Shown piece by piece: positions 1 through 11,226 of a stretch of 64,000 bases of DNA. The notes below the pieces were generated by a model that saw only the letters and a program-made list of their open reading frames with translations, made no database searches and had not been told where the DNA came from. The DNA is from an uncultured cyanobacterium (GTDB taxonomy: Bacteria; Cyanobacteriota; Cyanobacteriia; Cyanobacteriales; CAWCAG01). The stretch spans positions 1,056,001 to 1,120,000 of the forward strand of contig CAWCAG010000007.1 of assembly GCA_963793425.1 (NCBI GenBank). Reading direction: 5' to 3'. How positions within the stretch are numbered: the stretch's first letter is position 1; the number at the start of each line of letters is the position of its first letter. The position numbers were made by a program, and so were the translations under genes.

Positions 1-147
1 GGCCATGATACCTATCAAGCCGATAGAAAGCTCTACAGCAGCTTCGGCGCTAGTTATGGCTGCTTCAGTTACTGCCTCTATTTCTCCGGTAATAGCGCCG
101 AATACTACGGCAATGAGCATCAATCCTAACCAAACATAGTTAAGCAT
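1..147 (-). CDS. SpmA-like / nucleoside-recognition (Gate) domain membrane protein, N-terminal part (runs off window start)
   Basis: Manual translation from ATG at 147: MLNYVWLGLMLIAVVFGAITGEIEAVTEAAITSAEAAVELSIGLIGIMA..., resembling the N-terminus of spore maturation protein A family; not in ORF track. Confidence 0.7.
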   Translation of the reverse strand, partial: MLNYVWLGLMLIAVVFGAITGEIEAVTEAAITSAEAAVELSIGLIGIMA

Positions 148-170
148 TTAAAATTTCTCACAAGCTTTGC

Positions 171-1760
171 TTAAAGAGGGCGATAAACCCGATAATTAAT
201 CTCAGGGAAGATGTTATCAATCTTCTCCACCTTCTCTAGCCAACCGGAATCAATTTTGCCAATATTGATATCTTCATAAAGCTTGTTAAAACGCATGAGG
301 TGCGATCGCGTGCGACGAATGGCATAGGGAACCATTGTTCCTGTACGCATAATAAAAGCCCAATCAGAGGATTGTGCTAATAATAATTCCCGTGCTGCCT
401 GATTTAAAGCCTTCCATTCCAACTCATCAGTAGGTTCACGCTTACCCAATTCAATCATCCTCTCTGCTGCTTTGTGAAGATGAGGATAAACCCAAGCATT
501 AGTTTCATTTAACCAATATTCATGGAAGCCTTTATAACCCCAACTAGATTGGGAAGGCTTGCAAACCTGTTGCGTTTTTTCTTGGCGTAAATAATCCGCT
601 AAGTGAGTCATTTCGTAGGTTTGTTGATCATACCAGGACTTGCGGAAAACATAATCCAAAAACCACGGCCCTTCATACCACCAATGGCCATATAATTCTG
701 CGTCATAGGGAGAAACTACCAAAGGTGGGCGGTGCATGATACCCGCTAAATTACCAATTTGTTGCTCTCGGTTAAAGACAAAGTTGCCCGCGTGTTCAGC
801 CGCTTTTTCCTTTGCCCAGTAAGGGTCATAAAGTTGCTTGTCTGATAATCCTGCCCCCCGGCTAGTAATTTTGTGATACTTAATACCGGTATTTTTCCTT
901 TGACCATTGGGCATGATGTAAGGCTTAATATATTCATATTCCGCTTCCCAACCCAAATCTTTATAAAATTCCCGATACTCTGGGGAACCAGGATAACCCA
1001 CCTCAGAAGACCAAACTTGTTGGGAGGATTCATGATCTCGCCCAAAGGCAGCTACTCCAGTTTCAGTGAAGATGGGTGCATAAGTACCAAAACGGGGGCG
1101 AGGACGGGCATATAAAATACCGTGACCATCCGTTAAGAAATAGCGTAAACCAGCATCGGCCAGCATCCGCTCTAATCCTTCAAAATAAGCACATTCCGGC
1201 AACCAAATTCCTTTAGGACGGCGACCAAAATTCTCCTCGTAATGCTGACAAGCAACTTCAATTTGCGCCCACACTGCCTGGGGGTACATTTTCATCAGAG
1301 GCAGGTAACCATGGGTTGCCCCGCAGGTAATAATTTCTAAGTTATTGCTATCAAGAAATTGTTTAAATGCCTTTACTAAATCTCGGTCGTAACGTTCCCA
1401 GGTCTTGCGAATACCCTTAAATTCTTGAACATAATGTTCAGCCAAATACTTAATATGGCCGTTATGTTTGTTATGGTCAGTTTCTTTTTCGACTAATTCT
1501 TCTAACTTGGCTAAATGCTCATCGTAGCGGTCTTGTAACAAAGGATCTCGCAGCATTGACACTAAAGGAGGTGTCATACTCATGGTCATTTTAAAATCCA
1601 CCCCATCCCTCTTTAAGCCTTCAAACATATGAAGTAGGGGAACGTAAGTTTCTGTGATTGCCTCAAACAACCATTCCTCTTCTAGGACATAATCACTTTC
1701 TGGATGTCGTACAAACGGTAGGTGAGCGTGAAGTACAAGGGCAAAGTAGCCAAGAGCCAT
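171..1760 (-). CDS. Glycoside hydrolase family 57 protein (GH57/DUF1957, branching-enzyme type)
   Basis: HAHLP N-terminal motif, GIWLPECAY nucleophile motif, PYDAELYGHWW, QSSDW. Confidence 0.92.
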   Translation of the reverse strand: MALGYFALVLHAHLPFVRHPESDYVLEEEWLFEAITETYVPLLHMFEGLKRDGVDFKMTMSMTPPLVSMLRDPLLQDRYDEHLAKLEELVEKETDHNKHNGHIKYLAEHYVQEFKGIRKTWERYDRDLVKAFKQFLDSNNLEIITCGATHGYLPLMKMYPQAVWAQIEVACQHYEENFGRRPKGIWLPECAYFEGLERMLADAGLRYFLTDGHGILYARPRPRFGTYAPIFTETGVAAFGRDHESSQQVWSSEVGYPGSPEYREFYKDLGWEAEYEYIKPYIMPNGQRKNTGIKYHKITSRGAGLSDKQLYDPYWAKEKAAEHAGNFVFNREQQIGNLAGIMHRPPLVVSPYDAELYGHWWYEGPWFLDYVFRKSWYDQQTYEMTHLADYLRQEKTQQVCKPSQSSWGYKGFHEYWLNETNAWVYPHLHKAAERMIELGKREPTDELEWKALNQAARELLLAQSSDWAFIMRTGTMVPYAIRRTRSHLMRFNKLYEDINIGKIDSGWLEKVEKIDNIFPEINYRVYRPL

Positions 1761-1979
1761 AATATGTGCGTGGATTTTGAGATGATAGGTGAAGCCTATG
1801 CTTTAGACTATTTTAAGATTTTACGATAATAAGGACAGTATTCAAGAAAAAACTCGTGTAGCCACACATTGGAAGTTAAGATAATAAAATAAAGATTAAA
1901 TTTAAGAAAATGAGTTAACTTGGCAAATATAAATAAGCCAACTTGACAGTCGCGATCCTCATATTGCTGTTTTTACCTA

Positions 1980-3182
1980 GTGCTAAAATCCAATGGCAGT
2001 CAAGCAAATTTCCTAGATGATGGTGATTCGTCGGCCTTACTCCGGTTAGTGCTATTTATTGATGAACGCCCTACTTCCCAAGAATATATTCAGCAAATCC
2101 AAAGCTATCTCGAAAGTTTAAAAAGCGAGTGTGACTTTGAAGTTCAAATTGTGGATGTGGGAAATCAACCTTATTTAGCAGAGCATTTCCGCTTAGTAGC
2201 AACTCCTGCCCTCGTCAAAATTCATCCCTCACCGAGACAAACCTTAGCCGGTAGTAATTTAATTACCCAGCTTAAAAAATGTTGGCCTCTCTGGCAAGAG
2301 AATGTTGAGGAACAAAGGGCAAAGCTGATTGAAGACGAAGGCGAGGGCGAAGACCAAGGCAACTCAAAGAATCTAGATTTGCCTTCAGTTAATAGTTCTA
2401 TTAGTAACTCAGCACAACTAATCAAGCTTTCTGATGAAATTTTTCGTTTAAAAAAAGAAAACGAAAGTTTATTAGAACAATTGAACTTCAAAGACCAGCT
2501 CTTAGCGATGTTGGCCCATGATATTCGCAGCCCCCTTACTGCTGCCTCCATTGCCACAGAAACTTTAGAAATGGCCCATAAAAGGGGGCAAAAACTCTCA
2601 GAAAATCTTAAAGAGCAGTTGTACAAACAGGCAAAGAGCCAATTTCGCATTATGGAGCGGATGGTTGCTGATATTTTACAAACAGCTACGCAAAAGAGCA
2701 AAGAACTACAGATAAAACCTCAAAAACTGCATATGCAGCTTGTTTGTGAGGATATTTTTATTCAGTTGGAAGATAAATTTTTAGCTAAGTCCTTCCAAAT
2801 AGAAAAAGATTTACCTCAAGATTTACCAAGTGTTTATGGAGATAAGGAGTTACTTAGCCAAGTAATCACTAATCTTTTAGAAAATGCTGTTAAATATACC
2901 CCAGAAGAAGGGAAAATCAGCATTTCTCTGCTCCATCGGACTTCTCAGAAAATCCAGGTTAGCATCTGTGATACCGGCCCTGGCATACCAGAAGAAAAAC
3001 GTGAGCGCATTTTTGAAGGGCATTATCGCCTCCAAAGAGATAGGAGCAAAGAAGGTTACGGCATTGGGCTTTCTTTGTGTTACAAAGTGATTCGCGCTCA
3101 CTATGGTCATATCTGGGTAGATAGTATTCTTGGGCAAGGGAGTTGTTTTAATTTTACTTTGCCAGTTTACCAAGGGGGGTAA
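1980..3182 (+). CDS. sasA: Circadian clock-associated histidine kinase SasA
   Basis: KaiB-like N-terminus (QPYLAEHFRLVATPALVKIHPSPRQTLAGSN), LAHDIRSPLTAA H-box, HATPase N/G boxes. Confidence 0.92.
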   Translation: MLKSNGSQANFLDDGDSSALLRLVLFIDERPTSQEYIQQIQSYLESLKSECDFEVQIVDVGNQPYLAEHFRLVATPALVKIHPSPRQTLAGSNLITQLKKCWPLWQENVEEQRAKLIEDEGEGEDQGNSKNLDLPSVNSSISNSAQLIKLSDEIFRLKKENESLLEQLNFKDQLLAMLAHDIRSPLTAASIATETLEMAHKRGQKLSENLKEQLYKQAKSQFRIMERMVADILQTATQKSKELQIKPQKLHMQLVCEDIFIQLEDKFLAKSFQIEKDLPQDLPSVYGDKELLSQVITNLLENAVKYTPEEGKISISLLHRTSQKIQVSICDTGPGIPEEKRERIFEGHYRLQRDRSKEGYGIGLSLCYKVIRAHYGHIWVDSILGQGSCFNFTLPVYQGG

Positions 3183-3570
3183 GGAGGAATTTGGCCTTAG
3201 AACCAATTATCAAATAACCAGATTTATGAGAAACGATGTGTCAATTTGTAAAAATTTAGATAATAATTATGCTAGTAGCACTTGGTTTAGAGTTTTTAAG
3301 CGCCAATTTCCTAGGAAATTAGCATAACAGCAACCCAAAACTTGTGTTACTTTAAGAAACGTTAATAACTAACCCCAAAGGCAGAGTCTTTGGGTAATAA
3401 GGGAAACAAATTATCCCTTGAGACATAACCTATTCAGTCAATATCAGGATAGGAATCTCAATCAATCTCATTTCTTCAATGAATAATGAGAAAATCAACT
3501 TAGAGCGCAAAAGCGTCCAAGATTTAGAAATCTTGCAATTTATTTAATTTAAGCAAGAGGTTTTGAAACT

Positions 3571-4629
3571 ATGACAATAGCAGTGGGACGCGCAACAGAA
3601 CAGAGAGGATGGTTTGACATCCTTGATGACTGGTTAAAGCGCGACCGATTCGTATTCGTAGGCTGGTCAGGAATATTATTATTCCCCTGTGCCTACCTAG
3701 CATTAGGAGGATGGTTAACAGGAACCACCTTCGTCACCTCCTGGTACACTCACGGTTTAGCAAGTTCTTACCTAGAAGGTTGTAACTTCCTAACCGTAGC
3801 AGTATCAACCCCAGCAGACACCATGGGACACTCCTTACTATTCTTGTGGGGACCTGAAGCAGGGTGGAACTTCACTCGTTGGTGTCAACTAGGTGGATTA
3901 TGGTCATTTGTCGCTTTTCACGGCGCATTTGGCTTAATCGGCTTCATGTTACGGCAGTTTGAGATTTCCCGTCTAGTGGGAATTCGTCCTTACAACGCCT
4001 TAGCATTTAGCGGACCAATCGCCGTATTTGTAAGCGTCTTTTTAATGTATCCCTTGGGACAATCAAGCTGGTTTTTCGCCCCCAGCTTTGGAGTAGCGGG
4101 AATATTCCGTTTCATCTTGTTCTTCCAAGGATTCCACAACTGGACACTAAACCCATTTCATATGATGGGAGTAGCCGGAATATTAGGTGGAGCCTTGCTT
4201 TGTGCCATTCACGGAGCCACAGTAGAAAACACCCTGTTTGAAGATGGAGAAGCATCTAACACCTTTAGAGCATTTAATCCTACCCAAGCAGAAGAAACCT
4301 ACAGCATGGTAACAGCAAACCGTTTCTGGTCACAGATATTCGGAATTGCCTTTTCCAACAAGCGTTGGTTACACTTCTTCATGCTGTTTGTCCCAGTAAC
4401 CGGACTATGGATGAGTGCAGTCGGAGTAGTGGGTTTAGCAGTCAACCTGCGTGCCTATGACTTCGTATCTCAAGAAATCCGAGCAGCAGAAGACCCAGAA
4501 TTTGAAACGTTCTACACTAAGAACATCTTATTAAATGAAGGTCTTAGAGCGTGGTTAGCACCTCAAGACCAACCCCACAAACAATTCGAGTTCCCAGAGG
4601 AGGTTCTACCACGTGGTAACGCTCTCTAG
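3571..4629 (+). CDS. psbD: Photosystem II D2 protein
   Basis: MTIAVGRA...[24 protein letters not shown]-terminus [10 protein letters not shown]; 352 aa. Confidence 0.99.
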   Translation: MTIAVGRATEQRGWFDILDDWLKRDRFVFVGWSGILLFPCAYLALGGWLTGTTFVTSWYTHGLASSYLEGCNFLTVAVSTPADTMGHSLLFLWGPEAGWNFTRWCQLGGLWSFVAFHGAFGLIGFMLRQFEISRLVGIRPYNALAFSGPIAVFVSVFLMYPLGQSSWFFAPSFGVAGIFRFILFFQGFHNWTLNPFHMMGVAGILGGALLCAIHGATVENTLFEDGEASNTFRAFNPTQAEETYSMVTANRFWSQIFGIAFSNKRWLHFFMLFVPVTGLWMSAVGVVGLAVNLRAYDFVSQEIRAAEDPEFETFYTKNILLNEGLRAWLAPQDQPHKQFEFPEEVLPRGNAL

Positions 4630-5995
4630 TCAAGTCGTTGGTGGCGGTCGCGACCAAGACTCATCAGGTTTCGCCTGGTGGGCAGGAAACGCCCGTCTCA
4701 TCAACCTTTCCGGTAAACTTTTAGGCGCTCATGTTGCCCACGCAGGGCTGATCGTCTTTTGGGCGGGTGCAATGACCATTTTTGAGGTCGCTCACTTTGT
4801 CCCAGAAAAACCTTTATACGAACAAGGTTTCATCCTTTTACCTCACCTAGCCACCCTTGGTTGGGGTGTTGGCCCTGGTGGTGAAATCATTGATACTTTT
4901 CCCTACTTTGTAGTTGGTGTTTTACACCTTATTTCCTCTGCTGTCCTCGGTCTTGGTGGTATTTACCATGCTGTACGCGGTCCAGAAACATTAGAAGAAT
5001 ATTCCGACTTCTTCGGCTATGACTGGAAAGACAAGGATAAGATGACCAGCATCATAGGCTTCCACCTGATTATGTTAGGCTTAGGCGCTTTGTTGTTAGT
5101 TGCCAAAGCGATGTTCTTCGGTGGAGTTTATGATAGTTGGGCCCCTGGTGGTGGAGATGTTCGTATTATCAACAATCCCACCCTTAATCCAGCGGTTATC
5201 TTCGGTTATCTAACTAAAGCGCCTTTCGGTGGTGAAGGTTGGATAATCAGTGTCAATAACATGGAAGATATTATTGGCGGCCACATTTGGATTGGTTTAA
5301 TTTGTATTGGTGGCGGTGTTTGGCACATTCTCACCAAGCCTTTTGGCTGGGCCCGTCGTGCCTTCATCTGGTCTGGTGAAGCTTATCTTTCCTATAGTTT
5401 AGGTGCGCTTGCCCTGATGGCCTTTATCGCTTCTAACTACGTTTGGTTCAACAATACCGCTTATCCTAGCGAATTTTACGGACCAACTAATGCAGAAGCT
5501 TCTCAAGCCCAATCTTTTATCTTTCTAGTCCGTGACCAAAGCATGGGTGCTAATATTGCCTCTTCTCAAGGTCCTACTGGTTTAGGTAAATATCTGATGC
5601 GCTCTCCTACTGGAGAAATCATCTTCGGTGGTGAAACCATGCGTTTCTGGGATTTCCGTGGCCCTTGGTTAGAGCCTTTACGTGGTCCCAATGGTCTTGA
5701 TATTGACAAGATTAGAAATGACGTTCAGCCTTGGCAATTACGTCGTGCTGCTGAGTATATGACTCATGCTCCCAACGGTTCCATCAACTCTGTGGGTGGT
5801 ATCATTACTGAGCCTAATGCTTTCAATTATGTCAACCCTCGTGCTTGGTTAGCGACTTCTCACTTTGTACTAGCCTTTTTCTTCTTGATTGGTCACTTAT
5901 GGCACGCAGGCCGCGCCCGTGCTGCTGTGGCTGGCTTTGAGAAAGGTATTGATCGCGAAACCGAACCAGTATTATCTATGCCTAACTTAGACTAA
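4613..5995 (+). CDS. psbC: Photosystem II CP43 protein
   Basis: GTG start overlapping the psbD end by 17 nt; [34 protein letters not shown]. Confidence 0.99.
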   Translation: MVTLSSQVVGGGRDQDSSGFAWWAGNARLINLSGKLLGAHVAHAGLIVFWAGAMTIFEVAHFVPEKPLYEQGFILLPHLATLGWGVGPGGEIIDTFPYFVVGVLHLISSAVLGLGGIYHAVRGPETLEEYSDFFGYDWKDKDKMTSIIGFHLIMLGLGALLLVAKAMFFGGVYDSWAPGGGDVRIINNPTLNPAVIFGYLTKAPFGGEGWIISVNNMEDIIGGHIWIGLICIGGGVWHILTKPFGWARRAFIWSGEAYLSYSLGALALMAFIASNYVWFNNTAYPSEFYGPTNAEASQAQSFIFLVRDQSMGANIASSQGPTGLGKYLMRSPTGEIIFGGETMRFWDFRGPWLEPLRGPNGLDIDKIRNDVQPWQLRRAAEYMTHAPNGSINSVGGIITEPNAFNYVNPRAWLATSHFVLAFFFLIGHLWHAGRARAAVAGFEKGIDRETEPVLSMPNLD

Positions 5996-6038
5996 TTGCT
6001 ACTCAAAGAAAGCGATTAAGTCATAACTGAATATAGTT

Positions 6039-6070
6039 GCTCCTACTAAATATTGGTAGGAGCCTTTTTT
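6039..6070 (+). terminator. Intrinsic terminator of psbDC
   Basis: GCTCCTACTA-AATAT-TGGTAGGAGC hairpin followed by CTTTTTT. Confidence 0.8.
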
Positions 6071-6098
6071 ATATGAGAATAATCTGACAAAAAATTCC

Positions 6099-7322
6099 TC
6101 AACCTCTTTGACTGCAATCCAACATTGACTTAAGACTTAAAGCAAAAGTAGCCGTTAATAGAGTGAGGACTCCTGCAACCCAAAAAGGAGTACTGTAGTT
6201 GATACTTACCAGTAAACCTGCTACAGCGGGGCCTATGGCGTTGGACATACTCAGGTAAGAGGAGTTGATACCCATAATTTCTCCTTGTTCGCGATCGCCG
6301 CTATTAGTGGATAAAATTGAGCTAATTAGGGGCATGGGAAAAGAGTTTGTAATCCCCAACAAACAGAGAAATAAGACAAAGGCTGACAAAGTGGGGAAAA
6401 AAGGAATCAGCACAAAAATCACGGCCCTAGCTGCGATCGCAGTGAAGAGAATGTTCGCTAAATTAAATTTTTCGCTTAAAGGCCCTACAGCAAAAAGTTG
6501 AGTGAAAATACCAATGACCCCAATTAAGGCAAACAGAATAGCCAGGGTTTGGGGTTTTTGTTTGAGGACGTTGAGAAAGAATGGTTGGAAGGCGAAGGTA
6601 AAGACAGTGAAGGTGAAGCCACTCAGAAAAGTCAGCATAAACACGCGACCAATTTTAGGTCGTCGCGCTGAGTTGAGGATTTTCCCTAAACCAAATATTT
6701 GCCAGCTAAGCTTAAAATTCTCTTCTTTTTTTGGTAAGGTTTCCGGTAAGAGAAAGACGGTGAGTACCACAGCTAGAGTAGCTAATACTGCCCCAGCAAT
6801 AAAGCTCATACCCAAGGAAGATACCCCCGGCAAAGTTGGTAAGGTTTGGGCAAAGTAGCTGATGGCTGGACCGGTGATGAAGCCCAAGCGGAAAGCTGCA
6901 TCAAATAAACCAAAAGCTTTCGGACGATCTTGGGGGGCGGTGGTATCACTAATAACGGCCCCGGCAATGGAGGTGTTTCCCCCGGTTAAGCCATCTAAAA
7001 TTCTGGCAACAAATAGCACCCAGGCAAAGGTTGCCCAACTAGCTAAGAGGTTGGCGAAAACTGTACCGATTAAACTGATGATCAGCAGGGGTTTACGGCC
7101 AAAAAAATCTGAAAGTCTGCCCAGAATTGGGGTGGCGAAGAACTGAGAGATGGCATAGGCTGTGGTAAGTAAGCTAGCTTGGAAATCGCTTAACCCGAAC
7201 TCTTTTGCATAGGGATAAAGGATGGGAATGATGATGGTGAAGCTGACGGAATTGATGAAGGCGATTAAGGCAACAATCCAGAATTTTAGGGGTAAGTCGA
7301 ACCTGGCTGGCAGTTTTTTCAA
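6099..7322 (-). CDS. MFS transporter, TetA/DHA1-like
   Basis: 12-TM pattern, motif A GRLSDFFGRKP, ARILDGLTGG; TTG at 7322 preferred over the track start 7370. Confidence 0.88.
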   Translation of the reverse strand: MKKLPARFDLPLKFWIVALIAFINSVSFTIIIPILYPYAKEFGLSDFQASLLTTAYAISQFFATPILGRLSDFFGRKPLLIISLIGTVFANLLASWATFAWVLFVARILDGLTGGNTSIAGAVISDTTAPQDRPKAFGLFDAAFRLGFITGPAISYFAQTLPTLPGVSSLGMSFIAGAVLATLAVVLTVFLLPETLPKKEENFKLSWQIFGLGKILNSARRPKIGRVFMLTFLSGFTFTVFTFAFQPFFLNVLKQKPQTLAILFALIGVIGIFTQLFAVGPLSEKFNLANILFTAIAARAVIFVLIPFFPTLSAFVLFLCLLGITNSFPMPLISSILSTNSGDREQGEIMGINSSYLSMSNAIGPAVAGLLVSINYSTPFWVAGVLTLLTATFALSLKSMLDCSQRG

Positions 7323-7407
7323 GTGTGTAGCAGATGGTAAATTTTCAATGAATAAGGAACAACAGAGCAATAGTTTTCACTCAGTCACTCAGTCACCTAG
7401 TCTCTAA

Positions 7408-8184
7408 CTAAGGGCGGGCAATAATAGTATTTTCCAATAAACCAATACCTTCAATAGTGATTTGAACGTGATCGCCTTTATCTAAGCCACCGATTCCTTC
7501 TGGTGTCCCTGTGAGAATAATATCTCCTGGAAGTAGGGTCATGATCTGAGAAATAAAAGCCACCAAGAAATTAGGGGGGAAAACCATCTCATTAATCGAA
7601 GCTGATTGTTTTGGTTCAGGGGCATTATTAACAAAAGTCTCTAATCTTGCCCCAGGACTCAATTCTCGGACGATCCAAGGGCCTAAAGGACAAAAAGTAT
7701 CAAACCCTTTTGCCCTTGTCCACTGACCATCTTTATGCTGTAAATCACGGGCAGTAACATCATTGGCAATGGTATAACCCCAAATAAAATCTTCTGCCTC
7801 TTCCGGGGAACAATTGCTACAGCGATCGCCAATTACCAAAGCTAACTCTCCTTCATAATCGACTTGTTTTGCTTGGGGAGGATAATGAATGGGTTGTCCG
7901 CTAGCAATAACCGTAGTAGGAGGTTTAATAAATAGTAAGGGTTCTTGAGGTACAGGAGTCCCCATTTCCGCAGCATGAAGGTGATAATTTTTACCCACTG
8001 CAATAACTTTAGAAGGGGCGCAAGGAGCTAATAAATTATAGCGTTCTGCATCCAATTCTATATCTGTCGGTCTTCCTCCCAACCAAGGGGGGGCATCCAG
8101 GACTTGGACATTGCGGCTTAATAGGAGTAAGCCATAATAAGTTTGACCTTGATGAGTTTTTACTCTAACGTAGCGTTGCGCCAT
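7408..8184 (-). CDS. Fumarylacetoacetate hydrolase family protein
   Basis: VGKNY, DYEGELA, NDVTARD, AKGFDTFCPLGP, GDIILTGTPEG. Confidence 0.92.
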   Translation of the reverse strand: MAQRYVRVKTHQGQTYYGLLLLSRNVQVLDAPPWLGGRPTDIELDAERYNLLAPCAPSKVIAVGKNYHLHAAEMGTPVPQEPLLFIKPPTTVIASGQPIHYPPQAKQVDYEGELALVIGDRCSNCSPEEAEDFIWGYTIANDVTARDLQHKDGQWTRAKGFDTFCPLGPWIVRELSPGARLETFVNNAPEPKQSASINEMVFPPNFLVAFISQIMTLLPGDIILTGTPEGIGGLDKGDHVQITIEGIGLLENTIIARP

Positions 8185-8372
8185 AGAAAAGAAGGTAGAA
8201 GTATCTTAAAGTTTGAGTTTGGAGATGTTACTTAAGGTTAGAAAACTAGCAAAGATTACCATAGTAGTAGTAAGATTTTAATTCCTTGCTTCTTTATCTA
8301 AGGCTAAAAAAAGATAATTTTTCCTGCCTCCAATATTAAGAAGCCATATTTGACCACAAGGAGAAAACTTCC

Positions 8373-8705
8373 ATGACTAGTTACGAGTTAATGTACATCA
8401 TCCGTCCTGATATTCCAGAGGATCGGGTAGAAGAAACCATTAATAAATATCGCACTTTTTTAGTAGATCAAGGAGCAGAAGATATCCAAATACAGAATCG
8501 AGGTAAGCGCCGCCTTGCCTATGAAATTCAAAACTTCCAAGATGGTATTTATGTCCAAGTGAATTATAAAGCTGAAGGTACTCATGTGGCGCTTATGGAG
8601 CGTTCTATGCGCTTAAGCGAAGAAGTTATTCGTTATTTGACCTTGAGAGTGAACGAACCAAAACCTGACCCTTCTGAAGCGGAGCCTGTTGCGGCTGAAG
8701 CTTGA
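8373..8705 (+). CDS. rpsF: 30S ribosomal protein S6
   Basis: [36 protein letters not shown]. Confidence 0.96.
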   Translation: MTSYELMYIIRPDIPEDRVEETINKYRTFLVDQGAEDIQIQNRGKRRLAYEIQNFQDGIYVQVNYKAEGTHVALMERSMRLSEEVIRYLTLRVNEPKPDPSEAEPVAAEA

Positions 8706-8720
8706 TTTTTAGGTGAGCTA

Positions 8721-8776
8721 GGGAGATAGGGAGATGGGGAGATAGGGAGATGGGGAGATAGGGAGATGGGGAGACT
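8721..8776 (+). repeat. Short tandem repeat, 7 x 8-mer GGGAGAT(A/G)
   Basis: Alternating GGGAGATA/GGGAGATG units after rpsF, last unit GGGAGACT. Confidence 0.9.
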
Positions 8777-8854
8777 AGATAATAGCAAATCTGCGTAGTA
8801 AAGTACCTTGATAAAATCGACCGAATAAAGTTCTCAAACCCTACTCCGTGATCA

Positions 8855-11092
8855 ATGAAAAACTTGTTTCCTATTGCCCAAGATTTGGTTTTAGTTGGTG
8901 GTGGACATTCTCATGTGATCGCTTTGAGAATGTTGGCAATGAATCCTTTGTTGGGGGTACGCCTTACTTTAATCACTGATACATCCCATACTCCCTACTC
9001 AGGGATGTTACCAGGTCATGTGGCTGGTTTTTATAGTTATGATGAAACTCATATTGATTTGCGACGTTTAGCTGAGTTTGCTGGGGCGCATTTATATATA
9101 GATGAAGCGGTTGGTTTGGATGTAGAAAGTAAGCAGGTGATTTGTGCTAATCATCCCCCTGTGAGTTTTGATTATTTATCTATTGATATTGGCAGTACCC
9201 CCCAAGCGATCAAGGTTCCTGGGGCGCAAAAGTGGGCGACTCCTGCTAAACCTGTGCCTCAGTTTTTGGCTAGCTGGAATCGCTTGTGTGCAGAAGTTAG
9301 TAATAGTCCTGAGCAAGCTATTAGTTTAGCCATTGTGGGCGGCGGTGCTGGGGGTGTGGAATTGGCTTTGAATATGCAAAGGCATTTGCATGATTTACTT
9401 AAGCAAAGTCAGCAGGATGTTAATAATTTAACTATTCATCTTTTCCATCGTGGTCAAGAATTATTATCTCATCATAACTCTTGGGTAAGTAAGCGTTTAG
9501 AAAAGATTTTAATTAAGCGAGGTATTCAATTACATTTGCAAGAAGATGTGGTGGAAATAACGGCTACATCTGGTAATTATAAAAGAGTAATTTGTCAATC
9601 TGGTTTAAAGAAAGAATGCAACTTTATGTTTTGGGTAACTAATGCTGCTGCGCCAGATTGGATTAAAGAATCTGGTTTAAGCACGGATAGTAAAGGCTTT
9701 GTTTTAGTTAAAGATACTCTGCAATCTCTTTCTCACCCTAACATCTTTGCCGCAGGAGATATTGCCACCATGCAAAATTATTCTCGTCCTAAAGCGGGGG
9801 TTTTTGCTGTGCGGCAAGGTAAACCTTTAGCTGAAAATCTGCGGCATATTCTATTAGGAGAAACATTAGATTTGTATGTTCCTCAAAAACGCTATCTCGC
9901 TTTAATTGGAACGGGGGATAAACAGGCGATCGCATCTTGGTGGCGTTTGGGTTGGCAATCTGCTTGGTTGTGGCAGCGGAAGGATCATATTGATCGCAAG
10001 TTTATGAATCTGTTTGCAGATTTGCCTAGTATGGCAACGGAAACTCAAGCAGATAATCCTCCCTTAATGCCCTGTGCTGGATGTGGTTCTAAGGTTGGCA
10101 GTAGAGTATTAGACTCTGTTTTGAAAAAGCTACAAATTACAGAGAATGAAAATATAATCATCGGCATTAATAACCCTGATGATGCTGCCATTGTTAAGGT
10201 TCCGAAAGGTAAATTAATTGTCCATACCGTTGACTATTTTCCTAGTTTAATTAATGACCCATTTGTTTTTGGACAAATTGCTACCAACCATTGTTTAAGC
10301 GACATTTTCGCCATGGGAGCAACACCTCAAACTGCCTTAGCAATAGTGACAATTCCCTATGGCATTGAAGAGAAAGTTGCCGAAACCCTTTATCAATTAC
10401 TTTCTGGGGCTAATAAAATTTTGCAACAGAGTAAAACTTCTTTGGTAGGGGGTCATACGATCGAAGGAAAAGAACTATCTTTTGGTTTGAGTTGCAATGG
10501 TTTGATAGAACCAGATCAATTACTAAAAAAAAGCAATTTGCAACCAGGACAAATATTAATTTTAACCAAAGCAATCGGAACCGGAACCTTATTTGCCGCT
10601 AATATGCGTTACCAAGCGAAGGGAAGATGGATAGAAAAAGCAGTAGAATCAATGCTCATATCTAACCAAAAAGCTGCTGAAATTTTCCTTAAATATGGTG
10701 CAACAGCTTGTACAGATATTACAGGTTTTGGTTTATTAGGGCATTTAATAGAAATGGTTAAAGCTTCCCAAATTAATCTCGAATTAGATTTAAAAAAAAT
10801 CCCCATTTTACTAGGGGCGATTCCCACTATTAAAAAAGGTCTTACCAGTTCTTTACAAGCCCAAAACCTCCGCGCCGCAACCTATATTCAAAATGTTTCA
10901 GAAGTGAGCCATCAACCAGAGTATCAACTGCTTTTTGACCCGCAAACTTCTGGTGGTTTATTAGCAACATTACCTCCAGAAAAAGCTGAGTTTTGTTTAA
11001 GAGAGTTGCAACAACAAGGTTATAAAGATAGTAGTTTGATTGGTATAGTTTTGCCTTATAAATCTCAGGTTACACCAGTTTTAATTTGCTGA
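8855..11092 (+). CDS. selD: Selenide, water dikinase SelD fused to an N-terminal pyridine nucleotide-disulfide oxidoreductase domain
   Basis: GGGHSH and GGGAGG Rossmann motifs, FAAGD; C-terminal CAGCGSK, DDAA, TVDYF, GGHT, TDITGFGLLGH, DPQTSGGLL. Confidence 0.88.
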   Translation: MKNLFPIAQDLVLVGGGHSHVIALRMLAMNPLLGVRLTLITDTSHTPYSGMLPGHVAGFYSYDETHIDLRRLAEFAGAHLYIDEAVGLDVESKQVICANHPPVSFDYLSIDIGSTPQAIKVPGAQKWATPAKPVPQFLASWNRLCAEVSNSPEQAISLAIVGGGAGGVELALNMQRHLHDLLKQSQQDVNNLTIHLFHRGQELLSHHNSWVSKRLEKILIKRGIQLHLQEDVVEITATSGNYKRVICQSGLKKECNFMFWVTNAAAPDWIKESGLSTDSKGFVLVKDTLQSLSHPNIFAAGDIATMQNYSRPKAGVFAVRQGKPLAENLRHILLGETLDLYVPQKRYLALIGTGDKQAIASWWRLGWQSAWLWQRKDHIDRKFMNLFADLPSMATETQADNPPLMPCAGCGSKVGSRVLDSVLKKLQITENENIIIGINNPDDAAIVKVPKGKLIVHTVDYFPSLINDPFVFGQIATNHCLSDIFAMGATPQTALAIVTIPYGIEEKVAETLYQLLSGANKILQQSKTSLVGGHTIEGKELSFGLSCNGLIEPDQLLKKSNLQPGQILILTKAIGTGTLFAANMRYQAKGRWIEKAVESMLISNQKAAEIFLKYGATACTDITGFGLLGHLIEMVKASQINLELDLKKIPILLGAIPTIKKGLTSSLQAQNLRAATYIQNVSEVSHQPEYQLLFDPQTSGGLLATLPPEKAEFCLRELQQQGYKDSSLIGIVLPYKSQVTPVLIC

Positions 11093-11226
11093 ACTATAGG
11101 GCTACTTCAGGAGCATCTTAATTTTAACGCACCTGCCCTACAACAAGCTTCACAGGGTAATATCTCTGCGAATCACAGATGAGATAATAGATAAGTAGTG
11201 TAGTCGTTATTAGTATTGCTTAACCC

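Noticed and set aside
8721..8776. Tandem repeats (also 16094, 37911, 51196, 54867) as a possible CRISPR array
   Set aside because: Units are 5-8 nt with no unique spacers and there are no cas genes; these are ordinary cyanobacterial short tandem repeats
10060..10100. Selenocysteine recoding in selD
   Set aside because: The active-site codons are TGT (Cys) and there is no in-frame TGA
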